From positions 8,014,422 to 8,078,421 of the forward strand of contig NC_092678.1 of assembly GCF_964355755.1 (NCBI RefSeq): DNA of 64,000 nt, written 5' to 3'. Position 1 is the first letter of the stretch; every line of letters starts with the position of its first letter. Shown piece by piece: positions 59,264-64,000 of the stretch. The DNA comes from Antedon mediterranea. Taxonomy: Eukaryota; Animalia; Echinodermata. The translations under genes and the position numbers were made by a program. The notes under the pieces were generated by a model. That model was not told where the DNA came from and made no database searches. It saw only the letters and a program-made list of their open reading frames with translations.

Positions 59264-60789
59264 GGCGGCGACAAAAATATGCCGAATCTACTCAAGAAAT
59301 TACAATCCCCAAAACTAGTACTTTGGAACACACCCTCTTACAAGTTTGCAGCGAGGGGAAGCACTGCACTCTGTAGAGACAAGATCCTGGTCGAGTATTT
59401 GAGGAAACCATATATATGAATCATATAAATGAACATTTTGCAATAATACAGATGGTAATTTAAAGTAGAAGGTGTTTTATTGTGATGATTTATTAAAGTA
59501 AAAAATTTGACACTAAAGGAAAATTTTAATTGTATTACTTTAACGAAAAGAGGGTGTTATATTTGCTTACACCTGAATAATATGTAAATTAGCTTTATAT
59601 AGCCATTGTCTCCGTTTCTCTTGTAACCATATAGGCCTAGACCTACACAGAAAATTTAATGTACTGTCTCTGCGACGGATTGCGACGACCGACGACGAAA
59701 TGATGGTGATGATGCGGGGAAATTGAGACGTGTTTTGTTTAATTTAGCATAATGAGATAGATCTATGGAAAATATTTTGCACCAGTAACAATAGTGATAA
59801 AATGTTATATATTCTGGGAACTAAAATAATGCTTTAATGTGTTTTGACAAATTTATGAAATTATCTTAAGACTGTACAGCTCGCAAACAGCTTAGAAATG
59901 CGGTATATAGTATATGTTAACTTTTCAGTTGTTGCTCCCCAAAATGGGCAACTTTTTCAAGCTTCTTTGTTTTGACGCTTGACGCGCGTGTAGTGCTCAG
60001 TGGGAACCGGCCTTAAGTGTGTGGATACATCGAAAGGTGACGATGAACAATATAGTTCTTGAACAAATGAGAAATACTCTTGAAATTCAAATTTTACTAT
60101 TTGTTCATTAACATCATAGAATAATAAATGTTGTAAAATAAGGATGGTTAGACCTGCCACAAATTCAGAAAAGGCCATCAATTATTATAATACCCTACTA
60201 TATTATAATATTTATTAAAAATGATAAATATTAAGAGAAGTAATCATACCGGAATTTGAACCAACATCAGCACAACTAGAAATCGATAACTCCACCAATA
60301 TTATTACCACTTTAAAGACAAACATCTTCTTACGCAATTCAGTACCGTGATGTGCGTAGTAAACTTTATCTCCCAAAGTCATCTCAACGTTTGACATAAT
60401 ATTGTTTCTTTTAGTGTTGTTGCAAAAGAGTTTAAATAATTTAGATAAATCAGTTCACCAGCTGTATTACTTTGCTAATGGTTGATATTAATATTTAATT
60501 GTTTTGTTCACATAAGCAATTACATAAATAGATTGAAGATAAACAGTAATTATTGTGAATTGACTATTTGTACTATTGATTATTATCCAAGAAAGTATAG
60601 AAAGGTTTTTTAGAACAAAAGATAAATGCAATTGAAGGTAACGTAATTGTTTAAGAATGTTTGCAAGAATTTAACATTCTAAATGAGAAAACGAATATAA
60701 TGGTAATATAACAGGAGTATTAGTTAGACACTGGTAGTGTGCTAACCCTTATTTACTTATGTATTTTATGCATATAATGCATAATATAT

Positions 60790-60971
60790 GCATATGTATG
60801 CACTTGCACTGATGAAGGGCTAGTGTTGCCCGAAAGCTCTGCTAACTTTTCTGGCTGTTTACTTTATCGTTTTGATTTAGCTTTTCGCTTTTTATTTTTG
60901 TATCTCCATTGAGATCCAGCCACTGATACCCACAGCATTGTCATTTTTTTCAGTAATTTGCCTTTGGATTT
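60790..60971 (+). mobile_element. Penelope-like pseudo-LTR or retrozyme fragment inserted in (TA)n
   Basis: About 180 bp absent from the paralogous (TA)n at ~8017-8030. Contains a hammerhead core. Confidence 0.7.
60804..60845 (+). ncRNA. Minimal type I hammerhead ribozyme
   Basis: ttGCA-CUGAUGA-a-GGGC-uaguguu-GCCC-GAAA-gc-UC-UGC. Conserved core boxes, 4-bp stem II, stem I GCA/UGC and palindromic AGCU stem III. Confidence 0.78.
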
Positions 60972-63900
60972 ATATATATATATATGTATATGAAGAGAGG
61001 CACACACCAAACCAAAGAGAGAAAAATGTTTTATTTAGTTTCATACTTAATTAATGGGAAACAAGTTGATGAATGTAAGGTCTAGGTTATAGACGGAGTT
61101 TTACTGAATATTAATAAAAGGATATATCTTTTGGCACATATGGCGTTTCATATGTATACTACTTGACTTGAAACTATTTCAGACAAACATCGAAAGAGCC
61201 AACTGGTGGACTTACATAAAAAGACAGACTTGGGGCAAGTCTAGTTACACACTTACTATTGACAAAGATCTTATGCCAGATAATAAATTGTACACAATTT
61301 TACTTAAATGTTAATTTTGACATCGTAACTTTCATTAGCCTATAATAACCAGACATGACTTTTGGGAAAAAAAAGCCTGATTCGGAGTCATCTCATTCAT
61401 AAAGAAAAACACAGTTGTTGTTCAGTGTAGAGTAAAAAGGTAATAATTCAATATATATTGCGTTATCATGATCTTTTAGAGTCAAAGTAACTAGTTATGT
61501 CAACAAATAACAGGGTCGAAATTTGGTCATTTTTCGAAAATGTCCGTGTAGGCCTGTTATAGTAGCCTACAGGGATTTTTTCAAAAAAGGCGACTTTTTA
61601 AAATTCAATTATATGCAATAATATTGCCATATATGCACATAATATGCGTTATCATCAGCTTATAGAGTCATAGTAACTAGTTATGTAAACAAATAAAAGA
61701 GTCTAAATTTGGTCATTTTCGAAAACAGAGATATTTTTAAAAATGCCCAAAATATCGACTATTTAAAATTCAATTATAATGCAATAATATTGCCATATAT
61801 GCACATATAGGCCTATTGCGTTATCATCATCTTATAGAGTCATAGTAACTAGTTATGTTACAAAAAGGGGTCGAAATTTGGTAATTTTTCGAAAATTGAC
61901 CAAAAAATGGCAAAATTTCGACTTTCTATAATTCAATAAATATGCGATAATATCGCTATGTATGCGCATATATTGCTTTGCAACAACGTATAGAGCCATA
62001 ATACACAGTTTTGTCGAAAAATAAAAGTGTCGAAATTCTGCCATTTTCTGAAAAAATCCCTGTACTATTATAGTACAGGGATTTTTTCGAAAAATGCCCA
62101 AAATATCGATTTTTTAAAATGCAATAATTATGCGATTATATCGCTATATATGCGCATATATTGTTTTGCAACAACAGAGTCATAGTAACCAAAAAAATCA
62201 CCCAAAATATGGCGTTTTTTAATTTCATTTAATATGCACTAATATTGCTATATATGCATGTATATTTCCATACTTTCCAGATGTTTTCTCAAAACAGAAA
62301 AAGGTCGAAATTGTATGCGATTCTGCGCATGTCAATGTAACGTCAAAAAGGGTCGACATTTTAGTATTTCAATTTTTCGAAAATTTCTATACTATAGTAG
62401 ATAGAATTTTTTTAATAACATAATATAATAAAGACGCATGTTACGAGACTATTATGGCATAATTTAATTTTAACCATTTTGTTTGTTGACATAATTGCTT
62501 AATATGACTCCATAAGACAATGATACCTTAATACTATGTGCATATAGTATTATATTATCGCTTTTTTCCTTCCAAAGAGGCCTACCTAAAATGTTTAATT
62601 GCCAGACTTCGTCAAACAAAATGTAATATTCGTTACAAAAATCGGACAATAACAATATGAGGCTTATACAGTTGAACCTCCCGTAAGCGACCACCCTCGG
62701 GACCGAGAAAACTGGCCGTGTACAGGAAGTGACCGCTTACGGGATATCCGATTATAACTCCGATATAACTTTGCTAGGTCTCAGGGCGATATCCGATATA
62801 ATGACAAGTAAATCTGATAGAGAACAGAGTAAGTGAATAATACAGTTGTCGCCATACATATTGCGCACTTTAAAGTAAATTTATGCTAAACATACTTCTA
62901 TGCCCAATGAGTATGCCACTGCCAAGGCTCTGTTTACACACGGTCACCAATCACGGGCATAAATCAAATCCCCTGTTAACATGCACAAAATTACTGACGT
63001 CATTTTACCGGTAACCTTGATTTGCAATACATACTAGGGCTGATCAAAATCAGTTTCCAATCATAATAACCAGATTAAGATTAGTGAGACTATTGGTTCA
63101 CACTAGAGGCACACAGCAAGCGAGTTAACAAGCGACAGTTCGAATAATCCATCGCTTGTAATTGGTCAAATCACTTGCGTTACGTCCTTGTGTTTCGTCT
63201 TTGGAACCAAGAATGAAGATTGAGATCGCCCTATCAGATCGATAATTTCTTACACAGACTGACACGATTGGTTAGCTCCCGATAACAACTCTCTAGCGTG
63301 AACCATGACTCCATACAAATTTCTAGCGTGAACCAGGTCTATAAAAATACCTCTGCTCAATTTTCTTATTCAGATAAATCAGTAGTCATATGTCTACAAA
63401 AGATGAAGGCATAACAACAATGTTTGAACATATAGTCTATTGTATAAGTGGTACACATACTTGTATATAAACACGGATAGAGTTCAACATAGCATGCAAT
63501 ACTATTATACTAAACATGTTTATAGTCTTAGTACAGTAATATTATACATTTATAATTATATATTATTATAATAAACAAAAACATATAATAACAAAAATAA
63601 AAATATAGGACCGAAGGAAAAATTGATAATTTTCTTTATATATAAGTTTCATAAACAAATAATTGTTTGTAACCCATCTATTGCTCGTTATAAAAAACTG
63701 TTAATTAATCTACAATTATGAATCAGTTACTGAATTTACTAATTAATATGGGGTCACTTCGGGTCATATTGAGCACATGTGGTCAGTATAGCAGGTGGCA
63801 AAGTATTTGGTTCATGTTTTAAAAACAATGGCAGCAATTAAACAAGAAATATGAAGAATCAGAAATAAATAAAATAAAGATTTTCGGAATTACTTTAAAA

Positions 63901-64000
63901 AACTGAAAATTTCCTGAATGTGTTTATACTATGACCATAACAAAAAAATAACAACTGTATAAGAGACGTTGGCTATTCCTTATTTTATTTACATAAAGTT

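Larger units (their letters stand above)
59264..64000 (+). repeat. Segmental duplication copy B (runs off the window)
   Basis: Colinear with 5673-14111, lacking the L1 and the (TTGA)n-tailed inserts. Confidence 0.93.

Overview
This window is AT-rich eukaryotic DNA, probably from an invertebrate animal, and is dominated by a deeply nested cluster of transposable elements. The retroelements are a 5'-truncated L1/Tx1 LINE with a 13-bp TSD, an internally deleted Gypsy element, and two decayed BEL/Pao elements. One BEL/Pao element is split by a full-length, apparently intact L2/Crack-type LINE. The other is split by a CR1 LINE fused in frame to its integrase. Non-autonomous DNA transposons include an element with ~730-bp inverted repeats and a TTA TSD, three copies of an 8-bp-TSD MITE, a Harbinger-like element, and tiny palindromes with 7-bp TSDs that resemble P-element excision footprints. 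The segment 5673-14111 is duplicated at 59264-64000, which exposes empty insertion sites and a Penelope-type minimal hammerhead ribozyme insert. Three short minus-strand exons missed by the ORF track (15.1-17.3 kb) splice into a protein C-terminus ending NTDPFGSL*, which resembles PICALM/AP180. Several minisatellites (17, 57, ~74 and 83 bp) are present. No rRNA, tRNA or CRISPR was found. All coordinates were read by eye and no database searches were run.
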